DNA of 64,000 nt. It comes from Alphaproteobacteria bacterium (GTDB lineage: Bacteria > Pseudomonadota > Alphaproteobacteria > GCA-2731375). Below, piece after piece: positions 27,074-37,825 of the stretch. The stretch is from contig CBDDPY010000002.1 of assembly GCA_965232515.1 (NCBI GenBank), positions 608,001-672,000 of the forward strand, given 5' to 3'. Position numbers and translations under genes: made by a program. The notes below the pieces were generated by a model. It was not told where the DNA came from, did no database searches, and worked only from the letters and a program-made list of their open reading frames with translations. The stretch's first letter is position 1. The number at the start of each line of letters is the position of its first letter.

Positions 27074-30000
27074 TCAGGTCAATTCGCCAAGCTGATTTCG
27101 TGCGTCGATGAGGTCGGGCGAAGACCGTCCTTCGGTGAGGTGGTCGTAGATTGGCCATAGCAGATCGTAGGCCTCGGCGCGCCGGTCCTGGCGCTGCAGA
27201 TGGCGGGCAAAACTGGTCGCGGTTCGCAGTTCCAGGGTCCTTGAATGCTGCCGTCCCGCGACGTCGAGGGCTTGTTTGAAGCAGGATTCGACGGCGCCGT
27301 TGCCGTTCGCCGGCGTCATGCTCAGCAGGTTGCCCTTGACCCGGTAAAGCTCGGCTTCGAACCAGCGTTCTCCGTTTTCGGCCGTCACCGTTTCGGCTTC
27401 GTCCAGAACGCTCAGGCCTTCCTCAACCCGATCGGCCTGACCCAGGGCCTCGGCCAGTCCGCTCAGGAAGATCGGCCGCCAGAGTCGGGCATAACCCGTC
27501 GAATCGAGCGCCGTTAGCCCGTGCTGCATCGCCTTGATGCCGTCAGGAAGATTGCCCTGCTGACAGATCGCCCAGCCCTGGCAGACGCCGGCGACTGCAG
27601 ACCAGTGCATCAAGTCCTGTTCAACCGCGAGCGAGATCAACGATTCGGCATGCGATTTCACCTGCTCCCAATCGCGACAGAACGCCTGCAGCATGATGCC
27701 CGCGTGCGATATGGCGATGCCGAGCGTATTCGCATGCGATAGCGCCTGGGCTTGGTCGATAGCCTGCTGGCCGTTTTCCTGCGCGCGATCGTAATGACCG
27801 AGATGCCAGAGCGTCCATGAGAGGTAGCAGAGCCCGGCGACGTAGCCGGATTGAAAGGTGATGGATCGCTGTTCGGCCGGCACGCGGTGTTCGGTCGCGC
27901 GTTTCAAATGGCTGTGCGCCAACTCGAGCTCACCGGCCATCAGCAGGGAGGTGCCCAGCATGCGGTTGCCGGCGAGCAGCGCGGCATCAGATTTCTGGTG
28001 CTCTGCCAGCCGAAGAAACTCTTCCGCCAGCGCGCGCGACTTCTCGGTTTCGCCGCGCCCATAGTGGAATACCCAGCGCCCGTTCAGAACGGGAAAGAAC
28101 TTCGCCGTGTCGCCGACCCGGCGACACAGCTCGAGCGCCCGCGTGAACGTCCGCTCCAGTTGCGGCGAGGTATAGCCGGCCGACGATACGATCGGCTCGG
28201 TTAGGGCGATCTGCAGATCGAGTTCCAGGGCGTCGCGCTCGCCGCTCTCCGGCAAGTCGTTCAACAGCTCCAGCGCCTTCGTCAGGTGCGCGACCGCCTC
28301 GGCATTGGCCGACCGTTTCGTTGCCCGCTTGCCGGCATGCTGCCAGTAGTGGATCGCACGGTCGGCCAGCCCGGCCTCCGTGAAATGATGCGCCAGGACT
28401 TCGGGTTCCTGTTTGACCTGCTCGGGGAACTGGTCCTCGAAGGTTCGTGCGATCGCCTGATGATAACGCTGCCGCGTGCTTTTCAGCAGTGACTCGTAGG
28501 CGGCATCACGCACAAGCGAGTGTTTGAACTCGAACCTCGCGTTTGCCGGCGGACCGCGCCGGTAGATCAACTCGGCGTCCACCAGCTGCGCCAGGGCGTC
28601 GTCAAGCTCGCGCTCGTCATAAGCCGAAACGGCGGCCAGGACTTCGCGCGTAAACGTCCGTCCGAGCGTTGCGGCGAGCTGGGCCAGCTGCTTGACCGGC
28701 GCCAGCCTGTCGAGCCGCGCCATCAGCGAATCCTGCAGTGTCGTCGGCACTTGCAGCTTCAGCAGCGGACGCGCCGAATCCCGGCTCCCGTCCGGACTTG
28801 GAACCCAGCCGGATTCGATCACCGTCTTCGTCAGCTCCTCGACGAACAGCGGCACGCCGTCCGTCTTGGCGATGATCTGATCGAGGACTTCCACCGGTAG
28901 TCGACGGTTGCGCGTCAGTCGTTCCACCATCTTCGCGCACTCGCCCCGCTCCAGTCGGCTGAGCGGCACGTAGGTGACATGGTCGAGGCCTTGCCAGTGT
29001 GGTTTGTATTCCGGGCGGAACGTGATCAGGACCAGCGCCCGCACGTGCCGCGCGCGATCGACGATCAGGTCCAGCAATTCCTGGGTCGTCGGGTCGATCC
29101 AGTGCGCATCCTCGAACACGATCAGCACGGGCTGCTGCACCGCCAGGGTCTTCAGCTGTTCAGCGATGACCGCGAAGGTCATCTCCTTCTGGCGTTTGGG
29201 ATCGAGCTTCAGCTCGGGGTAGCCATCGCCGGTCGGCACCGAAAGCAGCGACGCGATCAGCGGCAACACCTGATCGCGCGCGGCGCCGGCGTTCGACAGC
29301 AGCGTTTCGAGTTTTCTGAGCTTGCGTTCCGGCGGATCGTGCGCTTCGAACTGAGCCGCGTGGCTGAGCTGGTTGACCAGCGGGTAGAGCGCGCTGTTGA
29401 TGTGATGCGGCGAGCATTGATAGCGCAGCCTTTGTTGCGGCTGGTCGCCGATCTTCTCGCGCAGGGCCTGCGTAATGCGTGACTTGCCGATGCCGGCTTC
29501 GCCCGATAGCAGCACGACCTGTCCCTTGCCGTCTTTCGCCCGCTGCCAGCAGTCGTGCAGCAGATCGACTTCCTTTTGACGGGCGATAAACGGCGTCAGA
29601 CCGCGGGCGTGGCGCGCTTCGAAGCGGCTGGTCAGCCGATGCTCGCCCAAAACGTTCCAGGCCTGAACCGGCTCACTAAAACCTTTCAACACATGGTGGC
29701 CCAGATAGACGCTGTCGAAGGCTTCGCCGATCAACAGGCGGGTCCGCGGCGCGATCAGAACCTGTCCGGGCGCGGCCCTGGCCTGCAATCTGGCGGCGAG
29801 ATTGGGCGTTTGGCCGACAATGTCTTCGGACGGCGCGTCGCTGGTCCCGACGGTGTCGCCGACCACGACGACACCGCTGGCAATCCCGATCCGGGCGGCC
29901 AGTGGCGTGCCATCGGGATCGGCAAGCTCGGCGACCGCGGCCGCCATCGCCAGTCCCGCACGCACGGCGCGCTCGGCATCGTCCTCATGAGCCCGCGGCC

Positions 30001-30418
30001 AACCGAAATAGGCCTGCACGCCATCGCCGACGTATTTGGCGACGTGCCCGTCGAAACGCCGGACAATGGCGCCGCAGGCACTGAGGTACCGATTCATCAG
30101 TTTTGACAGGTCTTCCGGGTCGAGCTTGACCGAGAGCGCCGTCGACCCCACCAGGTCGCAGAACAGCACGGTCAGATGACGTCGCTCCGGCTCGATCCAG
30201 CCCGGCTCCGAGGCGGCCGGTTCGTCGGTCGACGCGGAAAGTTGGGCAGCTTCCGCAAGCAGTCGTTTTCGGTGGCCCAACGACGAAACGCCAATTTCCT
30301 TCAGGTCCGAGTCGGTCAGCGTTGGCAGCAGCGCCATATCGATATGGTTTGCCGCGAAGGCATCGGCGTAGTCGCCGAGACCCAGATACTCCAGCCAGGA
30401 CGTCACCTCGCCCGACAT
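27074..30418 (-). CDS. SAM domain - class III adenylate/guanylate cyclase - STAND ATPase - TPR protein
   Basis: WLEYLGLGDY..F SAM; LFCDLVGST, KYVGDG, NLAARLQ cyclase; GEAGIGKS Walker A, VFEDAHW Walker B, GVPLFVEE, FKHSLVRDAAY. Confidence 0.93.
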   Translation of the reverse strand: MSGEVTSWLEYLGLGDYADAFAANHIDMALLPTLTDSDLKEIGVSSLGHRKRLLAEAAQLSASTDEPAASEPGWIEPERRHLTVLFCDLVGSTALSVKLDPEDLSKLMNRYLSACGAIVRRFDGHVAKYVGDGVQAYFGWPRAHEDDAERAVRAGLAMAAAVAELADPDGTPLAARIGIASGVVVVGDTVGTSDAPSEDIVGQTPNLAARLQARAAPGQVLIAPRTRLLIGEAFDSVYLGHHVLKGFSEPVQAWNVLGEHRLTSRFEARHARGLTPFIARQKEVDLLHDCWQRAKDGKGQVVLLSGEAGIGKSRITQALREKIGDQPQQRLRYQCSPHHINSALYPLVNQLSHAAQFEAHDPPERKLRKLETLLSNAGAARDQVLPLIASLLSVPTGDGYPELKLDPKRQKEMTFAVIAEQLKTLAVQQPVLIVFEDAHWIDPTTQELLDLIVDRARHVRALVLITFRPEYKPHWQGLDHVTYVPLSRLERGECAKMVERLTRNRRLPVEVLDQIIAKTDGVPLFVEELTKTVIESGWVPSPDGSRDSARPLLKLQVPTTLQDSLMARLDRLAPVKQLAQLAATLGRTFTREVLAAVSAYDERELDDALAQLVDAELIYRRGPPANARFEFKHSLVRDAAYESLLKSTRQRYHQAIARTFEDQFPEQVKQEPEVLAHHFTEAGLADRAIHYWQHAGKRATKRSANAEAVAHLTKALELLNDLPESGERDALELDLQIALTEPIVSSAGYTSPQLERTFTRALELCRRVGDTAKFFPVLNGRWVFHYGRGETEKSRALAEEFLRLAEHQKSDAALLAGNRMLGTSLLMAGELELAHSHLKRATEHRVPAEQRSITFQSGYVAGLCYLSWTLWHLGHYDRAQENGQQAIDQAQALSHANTLGIAISHAGIMLQAFCRDWEQVKSHAESLISLAVEQDLMHWSAVAGVCQGWAICQQGNLPDGIKAMQHGLTALDSTGYARLWRPIFLSGLAEALGQADRVEEGLSVLDEAETVTAENGERWFEAELYRVKGNLLSMTPANGNGAVESCFKQALDVAGRQHSRTLELRTATSFARHLQRQDRRAEAYDLLWPIYDHLTEGRSSPDLIDARNQLGELT

Positions 30419-30535
30419 GCGTTCCCTCACGATGTGGCCGAATCGATGCTATCAAAAAGACCGCTGTCCGACCTTCGAAAACCTCGAATATCTTGCGTCG
30501 TTCATGAACGATCGAGTTGACTTGAATTGGTTGAT

Positions 30536-30611
30536 TGGTGCCGGCGGCAGGAGTCGAACCCGCGACCTACTGATTACAAATCAGTTGCTCTACCAGCTGA
30601 GCTACACCGGC
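30536..30611 (-). tRNA. tRNA-Thr(TGT)
   Basis: GCCGGTG acceptor stem, CTGAT-TTGTAA-TCAG anticodon arm, GGTTCGAC T-loop, encoded CCA; 76 nt. Confidence 0.97.
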
Positions 30612-30760
30612 AATATTGCGCGCTTACGCCTGTAAACCCGCTGCGGTGATATCCCAGATTGACCACCACCGCCAAGAGAGAAGTTGCGCCCGCGGCGTTA
30701 CCGAACGTCAATCTTGCCATGCGACAAAAGCCCGTCGGATAACGCCGAACGGGGGACGGG

Positions 30761-31072
30761 GTGAGGGAGTATCGGGGGCTTCGCCGCATCTGGGCGATCT
30801 TTAGCATCTGTTGGTGTGTCCTGGTGGTCACGGGCGCTTTGGGCATCCAGAGCCGCGACCGGACCGACCTGGCTGGTGTTCGCGCCGAGATGCCGCTGTC
30901 CGGGTCCTTGGCGCCGCAGCATGTCGAATACCGCGCGCCGTCAATCGTCGCGACGATGTTCATCGCGGTCGCGTTTCCGGCCGCGCTGTTTCTCTTCGGT
31001 ATTGGCTACATCCGCTATTGCCGGCCGCGATATGCGGCCATGCCGCGCCTGACCGTCGATCGGCAGCAATAG
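30761..31072 (+). CDS. small hypothetical membrane protein (2 hydrophobic segments)
   Basis: IWAIFSICWCVLVVTGALG and IVATMFIAVAFPAALFLFGIGY; no family recognised. Confidence 0.4.
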   Translation: MREYRGLRRIWAIFSICWCVLVVTGALGIQSRDRTDLAGVRAEMPLSGSLAPQHVEYRAPSIVATMFIAVAFPAALFLFGIGYIRYCRPRYAAMPRLTVDRQQ

Positions 31073-31104
31073 CGTTAGCGCGTGTTAACCAAACGTTTGC
31101 CGAG

Positions 31105-31120
31105 GTTAAGACTGCGTTAA
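31105..31120. promoter_or_regulatory. CtrA-type binding site
   Basis: TTAA-gactgcg-TTAA (minus strand TTAA-N7-TTAAC) plus half-site TTAACC at 31085. Confidence 0.6.
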
Positions 31121-31180
31121 GAGCTCGCCGCTACAATCCGCCTCGATAACCAAGGTTTGAGAGCCTTTGGACAGGTGGGA

Positions 31181-32485
31181 ATGCGGCAAGCCAGCGCGAG
31201 ACTGGCACTGACCCTGGCCGCGACCGTCATCATCTCCACCGCCGCCATACGTCCGGCGGTGGCCGATCGTGACGGCTGTCTGGCCGACGAGGCACGCGAA
31301 CGAGGGGTCGCGCGTGTCACGGGCGACGTGCTGAATTTTACCGGTGACGAGGCGGATGGGCCGATCGACATCGCGTTCGGCGCCGTTCGCCTGTCGGATT
31401 CCGGTGGTTTGCTGCGCACCGGTGCATCGGGCTGCGGCATGGACATCGGTGTGCGGCTGGCGCGCAACCGGGTTCAGGTCGACATGGCCAGCGTTTTCAG
31501 CGGCGACAGCGTTCGAAGCGGAAATCTGACGCGCGCGACACATTGGCAGTATGGCAAGGCCGAGGTCGATGTGCTGCGGCGGAACGGCGTCAACTGGCGC
31601 GTCGGCGGCAGTTTGCTGCAGGTCACCTCGCCGGACGCCGAACAGGCGGACCGCGGCGTCAACGCCCAATCTGAATTGAGCTTCCTCGACGGCCGCGTGC
31701 AGGCGACGTCGAATCTGGCCTGGGCCGAGCACGGCGATGCCGCCGGCACCTGGGCCGGCGCCCAGCAGCACCGGATCAAGCTCAGGCTCTTCGAAGAAGG
31801 CGGCTTTGCGCTGACAGGCTTCGCCGGCTACGAGCGCGCGGAAGCCGGTTTCGCTGGCCGCGCCGTCAATATGGCCCAGGATCGTGAGCGGGAAACAATA
31901 GGCCTGGGGCTGCGCTGGCGGCGGTTCGGTTTGACGCTGGAGCGAAGCGACGAGCGCGACAATGTCGACGACGACGGCGGATCGGGCAATCGCTGGGACG
32001 GCTGGCGAAGCGAGGCCCGCATCGATCTCGACGGGCGCGGACGCATGCCGCGTCAAACGACGTTGTCATTCGACCGGAAAGACCGTCAGGACCGGCTGAC
32101 GACGATGGTTGAGGAACGACAGGACCGACTCCAGGTCCGGTTCGGTTGGCGGGATGGTCTCTCGCTACGGCTGACCGGCCGCACAACCACGGAGTTCGGC
32201 GCCGCCGGCAGCGAAGAGGTGACGAACGCGCTCGGTCTCGCCGCCGAACGAGCTTTCCCCTGGAGGGATTGGCGGATGACCGGCCGCGCCGGCGCCAGCC
32301 AGGACTGGAACGATGCGGCGGCCGAGGAGGGCATGGGACTGCACGCGTCGCTGCACGCCCGACACGACGACTTCGACAGCTTGAGTCTTCGGTTCAAGGC
32401 CAGGCTGAAGCGCGAAACCGATGATGGCGGTAACGACATGGACACGGACTACCGCATAGGCGTCCAGGCCGAGTTGGCCTTCTAA
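31181..32485 (+). CDS. hypothetical exported protein, probable outer-membrane beta-barrel
   Basis: Signal peptide (AVA), alternating amphipathic strands, C-terminal YRIGVQAELAF. Confidence 0.6.
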   Translation: MRQASARLALTLAATVIISTAAIRPAVADRDGCLADEARERGVARVTGDVLNFTGDEADGPIDIAFGAVRLSDSGGLLRTGASGCGMDIGVRLARNRVQVDMASVFSGDSVRSGNLTRATHWQYGKAEVDVLRRNGVNWRVGGSLLQVTSPDAEQADRGVNAQSELSFLDGRVQATSNLAWAEHGDAAGTWAGAQQHRIKLRLFEEGGFALTGFAGYERAEAGFAGRAVNMAQDRERETIGLGLRWRRFGLTLERSDERDNVDDDGGSGNRWDGWRSEARIDLDGRGRMPRQTTLSFDRKDRQDRLTTMVEERQDRLQVRFGWRDGLSLRLTGRTTTEFGAAGSEEVTNALGLAAERAFPWRDWRMTGRAGASQDWNDAAAEEGMGLHASLHARHDDFDSLSLRFKARLKRETDDGGNDMDTDYRIGVQAELAF

Positions 32486-32679
32486 AAGGCCAGCGATCCG
32501 CCGATTTCGGCTACGCCCTCAATTTTTGTCGGCCTCACGGCATCTCAAACCACCGTGAACCGGTGGCTTGCGCCTGTATGCGGCTTCCCTGCCGTTGCAG
32601 AATGATTGGCAGGGTGAGGCCGCGTTCAAACGTTTTCGGTCGCCGTTTCAGTCGATCGAGGGCGTGTTGGAGGTTGCCC

Positions 32680-33333
32680 GTGAATCGTCCGACAACAGTT
32701 CTACAAGTGCTGGCGTTCACCTTGCTTGGCCTGCAGGTATCCAGCATTGATGGCCATGCCCAATCGCAAGCGTCCGATACGGAACGGGAGCTCGGCACCA
32801 CGGGCCACCTTAAGATCGAGAATCCCGGCGAATTGACGCCGTCGGAGGCGAATCAGGTCTATGACGGGATTGCCGACGATCTCGCCGAATTCTACGCGCT
32901 CTCCCGCGAGCCGGCCGCCGTCGGCTTCCGCAAATGGCGCCGGTACAACAACGCCCCCTATCTGTCGGCAACGCACGGCAATCGGTACGTCAACAACTAC
33001 GGCAATCGATCATCGACGGGTTATGACCGGATGACGTCGGGTTTCCGCATGCCGGCCGGTGCGGTTCTGGTCAAGAACAGCTTCACAGTCACGGAGGAGG
33101 GCGAGGTCTTCGGCGCCGCCATGTTCATCATGGAAAAACTGCCAGCCGGACGGAGCCCGCGAACGGGCGACTGGCGCTACGTCATGATCATGCCGGACGG
33201 CAGCTACGAAGGTGACAGCGAAGGCGACAACGCGGAACAGGTCGCTTACTGCCACGACTGCCATGCCGCAGTCGCCCGGCACGATTTCCTGTTCTATGTG
33301 CCCAAGCCGTACCGCAAAGCGGCCGCCGACTAG
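32680..33333 (+). CDS. cytochrome P460/c'-beta family protein
   Basis: GGAGG RBS before GTG; signal peptide; PAGAVLVKNSF, FIMEK, GDWRY, C-terminal CHDCH heme motif. Confidence 0.85.
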   Translation: MNRPTTVLQVLAFTLLGLQVSSIDGHAQSQASDTERELGTTGHLKIENPGELTPSEANQVYDGIADDLAEFYALSREPAAVGFRKWRRYNNAPYLSATHGNRYVNNYGNRSSTGYDRMTSGFRMPAGAVLVKNSFTVTEEGEVFGAAMFIMEKLPAGRSPRTGDWRYVMIMPDGSYEGDSEGDNAEQVAYCHDCHAAVARHDFLFYVPKPYRKAAAD

Positions 33334-33377
33334 CTGCGACCGATTGCTCTCGGTTGGCGGAGAGGTATGGAGGCCGG

Positions 33378-33698
33378 TCAGCCGGCCGCGGCGATCGGTC
33401 GGCGGTTCAGCCGTTCGACCTTCATACGGGTCCCGGAGGCCCGGATGCAGCCATTGCCGTTTGGCATGATTTCGACAAGCGTCCAGGTGCCGCTGCGAGA
33501 AGCGAACATCTCAACGGCATGGCCGTTTTCCAACTCGCCAACGGCCACGCGCCCCTCATCGAAGGCGCGATCGAGATAACTCGCCATCACATCGTAGGTC
33601 AGGCAGCTCGGCGCATCGACATCTTCCATAGCGACGGCAGGCTGTGCGCTGAAAGCCGCGACCCAAACCAAGGCCGCAATAGCGGCGAAACGCATCAT
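33378..33698 (-). CDS. small secreted hypothetical protein with two Cys
   Basis: Signal peptide; C...E....G...EMFAS.SGTWT...P.G..C...G pattern. Confidence 0.75.
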   Translation of the reverse strand: MMRFAAIAALVWVAAFSAQPAVAMEDVDAPSCLTYDVMASYLDRAFDEGRVAVGELENGHAVEMFASRSGTWTLVEIMPNGNGCIRASGTRMKVERLNRRPIAAAG

Positions 33699-33711
33699 CG
33701 TTTTTCCCCGA

Positions 33712-33727
33712 TGGCTAGTACTAGCCA
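33712..33727. promoter_or_regulatory. perfect 16-bp palindrome, putative operator
   Basis: TGGCTAGTACTAGCCA directly upstream of the RBS of the 33378-33698 gene. Confidence 0.55.
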
Positions 33728-33881
33728 CACAACTAACCTTCAAATTATTAATAAGTCGTCACAGTCAAATTACAATATGACGGGCCGATATAGCACCGAA
33801 TAGAAGCCAATTCGGCGTGAATTATCGTTCGCTGATTTCTTCACGCGGAAGTCAAGAGCCCGTGATCTAGTGCCGCCGCAT

Positions 33882-34685
33882 TCAACGGCCGTCCAGGTTG
33901 CCAAGTCGTTCCTTCGCGCCCGTCGACGCGCCGTGTCGGGCCAGATACAGGCCGATGGCGGCGGCCGCGGATACGTTCAAGCTGTTGACACCGGACGCCA
34001 TTGGCAATCGGACCAGGCGATCGCAAGCTTCCGCGGTCAATCGGCGCAGGCCGGCGGACTCGGCCCCGAACAAAAGCACGGAATTGCCATCGAAATCGAC
34101 GTCTGCGATATCGTCCGTCGCCCGTGCATCGAGTCCGTAACGCCAATATCCCATATCGGCCAATTCAGCGAGAGTTCGAACCAAATTCCCCACTCTTACG
34201 ATCGGCACCCGTTCCAGACCGCCTGACGCCGCCTTTGCCAGGGCGCCACTCTCGGGCGGCGCGTGTCGGCGGGTCAGGATCATGGCGCGGGCGTCGAAAG
34301 CGGCCGCCGAACGCAGGATCGCGCCGACATTCCTTGGATCCGTCACCTGGTCCAACACGACAATGCAAGACCGTCCCTGGTCGGTGGGCGCGCAAGTTGT
34401 TCGAAAGTCGGCCGGCGGCAGTGGCTCGACCTGAAGCGCCGTGCCCTGATGAACCGCACCGGGCGGCAACAGCTCTTCGATTTCGGCGCGGTCTTTGACT
34501 TCAGGAGAAGGCGCGGTCGTCTCGAACGCGGCAGCCAGGTCGGCGACGATCAGGAGCCGTCGACGGGTGCGTGCCGGATTGGCCAGCGCCGATCGGACGG
34601 CGTGCTGACCATAGATCCAGTAACTGCCGCCGTCGCCCTCGGTACGACGCGACGGGCGCGGCCGACGATGCTTGCGCGCGGCCAT
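33882..34685 (-). CDS. rlmB: 23S rRNA Gm2251 methyltransferase (SpoU/TrmH family)
   Basis: AVHQG, LDQVTDPRNVGAILRSAAAF, GAESAGLRRL, NSLNVS; position beside tRNA-Tyr. Confidence 0.9.
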   Translation of the reverse strand: MAARKHRRPRPSRRTEGDGGSYWIYGQHAVRSALANPARTRRRLLIVADLAAAFETTAPSPEVKDRAEIEELLPPGAVHQGTALQVEPLPPADFRTTCAPTDQGRSCIVVLDQVTDPRNVGAILRSAAAFDARAMILTRRHAPPESGALAKAASGGLERVPIVRVGNLVRTLAELADMGYWRYGLDARATDDIADVDFDGNSVLLFGAESAGLRRLTAEACDRLVRLPMASGVNSLNVSAAAAIGLYLARHGASTGAKERLGNLDGR

Positions 34686-34787
34686 GCGCGGTCATATATC
34701 GGAGCGGCATTTGACGCGCAACGGAACCGGCGAGATCTGCACCGCCTAATTTGGCGGAACCATTTGCGTTTTTTCAGGAATCCGCCA

Positions 34788-34816
34788 TTGACATGCCTGA
34801 ATAAAGGGGCATATTC
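34788..34816 (+). promoter_or_regulatory. sigma70 promoter of tRNA-Tyr-Gly-tuf operon
   Basis: TTGACA 34788-34793, GCATATTC near 34809, GC-rich discriminator. Confidence 0.6.
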
Positions 34817-34851
34817 CGGCCCCGCTGCGTCAGTGTCGGCGCGGCACAACT

Positions 34852-34936
34852 GGAGGGGTGCCTGAGCGGTTAAAAGGGGCGGACTGTAAATCCGTTGGCT
34901 ATGCCTACGTTGGTTCGAATCCAACCCCCTCCACCA
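34852..34936 (+). tRNA. tRNA-Tyr(GTA)
   Basis: GCGGA-CTGTAAA-TCCGT anticodon arm, long variable arm, encoded CCA; 85 nt. Confidence 0.97.
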
Positions 34937-34996
34937 GCTGTTTTTGGTCCCTGTAATTCGGACCGGCCGGCGCCGTTTTTGGGAATGGTCGACAAA

Positions 34997-35070
34997 GCGG
35001 GTGTAGCTCAATGGTAGAGCCCCAGCCTTCCAAGCTGGTTACGTGGGTTCGATTCCCATCACCCGCTCCA
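34997..35070 (+). tRNA. tRNA-Gly(TCC)
   Basis: CCAGC-CTTCCAA-GCTGG anticodon arm, encoded CCA; 74 nt. Confidence 0.97.
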
Positions 35071-35185
35071 GCTTTCCGGGCATTGGAGGAGAATTCGCCG
35101 ATGCCCGGCGTCAGACGTCAGGGATGCTAGGGGCGTTCGCCCGTTGTTGGTAAACATAACTCGGAGCAATTGAGGACCGATCGCG

Positions 35186-36376
<1,191 letters not shown>

Positions 36377-36427
36377 TCGGCGCGACGGCAAACGGGCAGA
36401 CAGGAAAGGTTGGCTTGACGGGCGCAT

Positions 36428-36503
36428 AGGGGTGTAGCTCAGTTGGTAGAGCACCGGTCTCCAAAACCGGATGTCGCGGGTTCGAATCCTGCCGCCCCTG
36501 CCA
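36428..36503 (+). tRNA. tRNA-Trp(CCA)
   Basis: CCGGT-CTCCAAA-ACCGG anticodon arm, encoded CCA; 76 nt. Confidence 0.97.
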
Positions 36504-36558
36504 ACCCATCGCGAGCCGACGGCCGGTGTGCCAGCTGATAGGAATAGGTAGCGCAGCT

Positions 36559-36756
36559 ATGGCGAAGACCTCGCCGGCGGAATTCGTCCGGCAAGTACGG
36601 CAAGAAGTTTCGAAGGTGACATGGCCGTCCCGTAAGGAGACGGGCATGACCACTGCCATGGTGTTCGTCATGGTGACGCTGGCGGCTATTTTCTTTCTGC
36701 TGATCGATCAGGTGATTTCCTGGGGCATCCGTTTTCTGTTGACGGCTGGGGGCTGA
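36559..36756 (+). CDS. secE: preprotein translocase SecE
   Basis: EVSKVTWPSRKET plus one TM; synteny. Confidence 0.97.
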   Translation: MAKTSPAEFVRQVRQEVSKVTWPSRKETGMTTAMVFVMVTLAAIFFLLIDQVISWGIRFLLTAGG

Positions 36757-36759
36757 GGC

Positions 36760-37290
36760 ATGGCGGCGCGCTGGTACATCGTTCACGCCTACTCCGGCTT
36801 TGAGAACAAGGTTGCCGTGTCGATCCGCGAGCAGGCGGAATTGCAGGGATTGAACGACGTCATCGAGGAAGTTCTGGTGCCGACCGAGGAGGTCGTGCAG
36901 ATGCGTCGCGGCCAGAAGGTCAGCGCCGAGCGCAAGTTCTTCCCCGGTTATGTGCTAGTCAAGATGGACCTTACGGACGAGGCCTACCATCTGATCAAGA
37001 ACACGCCGAAGGTGACCGGCTTTCTGGGCACCGGTGGCCGGCCTTCGCCGATCAGCCAGGCCGAAGCGGACCGGATCATGCATCAGGTCCAGGAAGGCAT
37101 CGAGCGGCCGCGGCCTTCGGTGACCTTCGAGATCGGCGAACAGGTTCGCGTTTGCGACGGTCCGTTCACGTCCTTCAACGGCTATGTCGAGGAAGTCGAC
37201 GAGGAACGGGCGCGTCTGAAGGTCGCGGTGTCGATCTTCGGCCGTGCGACGCCGGTTGAGTTGGAGTACGGCCAGGTCGAAAAGACCTGA
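36760..37290 (+). CDS. nusG: transcription factor NusG
   Basis: WYIVHAYSGFE, FFPGYV, KOW, SIFGRATPV. Confidence 0.99.
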   Translation: MAARWYIVHAYSGFENKVAVSIREQAELQGLNDVIEEVLVPTEEVVQMRRGQKVSAERKFFPGYVLVKMDLTDEAYHLIKNTPKVTGFLGTGGRPSPISQAEADRIMHQVQEGIERPRPSVTFEIGEQVRVCDGPFTSFNGYVEEVDEERARLKVAVSIFGRATPVELEYGQVEKT

Positions 37291-37301
37291 CCGACACGAA
37301 C

Positions 37302-37332
37302 GCGTGGGAGGCTGGCCATGGCCGTACCACGC
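37302..37332 (+). promoter_or_regulatory. putative L1-binding autoregulatory hairpin upstream of rplK
   Basis: GCGTGG-GAG..GGCC at GGCC..A-CCACGC stem with asymmetric GGGAG internal loop. Confidence 0.55.
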
Positions 37333-37392
37333 ACCCCTTGGCAGCGTGCATCCGATTGCGCGCCGCCGCCGATGAATAAAGGGATTTAGTTT

Positions 37393-37821
37393 ATGGCGAA
37401 GAAGATCGACGGCTATATCAAGCTGCAAGTGCCGGCGGGACAAGCCAACCCGTCACCGCCGATCGGCCCGGCCTTGGGTCAGCGCGGCGTCAACATCATG
37501 GAATTTTGCAAGGCCTTCAACGCCGACACGCAGGGCGTGGAGCCCGGCATGCCGATCCCGACGGTGATCACGGTTTATGCCGACAAGAGCTTCAGCTTCA
37601 TCACCAAGACGCCGCCGGCTTCCTACTTCCTGAAGAAGGCCGCGAACCTGCCGAAAGCCGCGCAGGCGCCTGGTCGCGAGACCGTGGGCAGCGTGACGAT
37701 GGATCAGGTCCGCGAGATTGCCGAAGCAAAGATGGCTGACCTGAATGCCTATGATATCGATGCGGCCTGCCAGATGATCATTGGTTCGGCGCGCTCGATG
37801 GGCATCGAGGTGAGGGAGTAG
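37393..37821 (+). CDS. rplK: 50S ribosomal protein L11
   Basis: [13 protein letters not shown]. Confidence 0.99.
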   Translation: MAKKIDGYIKLQVPAGQANPSPPIGPALGQRGVNIMEFCKAFNADTQGVEPGMPIPTVITVYADKSFSFITKTPPASYFLKKAANLPKAAQAPGRETVGSVTMDQVREIAEAKMADLNAYDIDAACQMIIGSARSMGIEVRE

Positions 37822-37825
37822 GGGC

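Noticed and set aside
22986-30611. Genomic island integrated at the 3' end of tRNA-Thr
   Set aside because: No integrase, no duplicated tRNA 3' end seen and no clear compositional shift.
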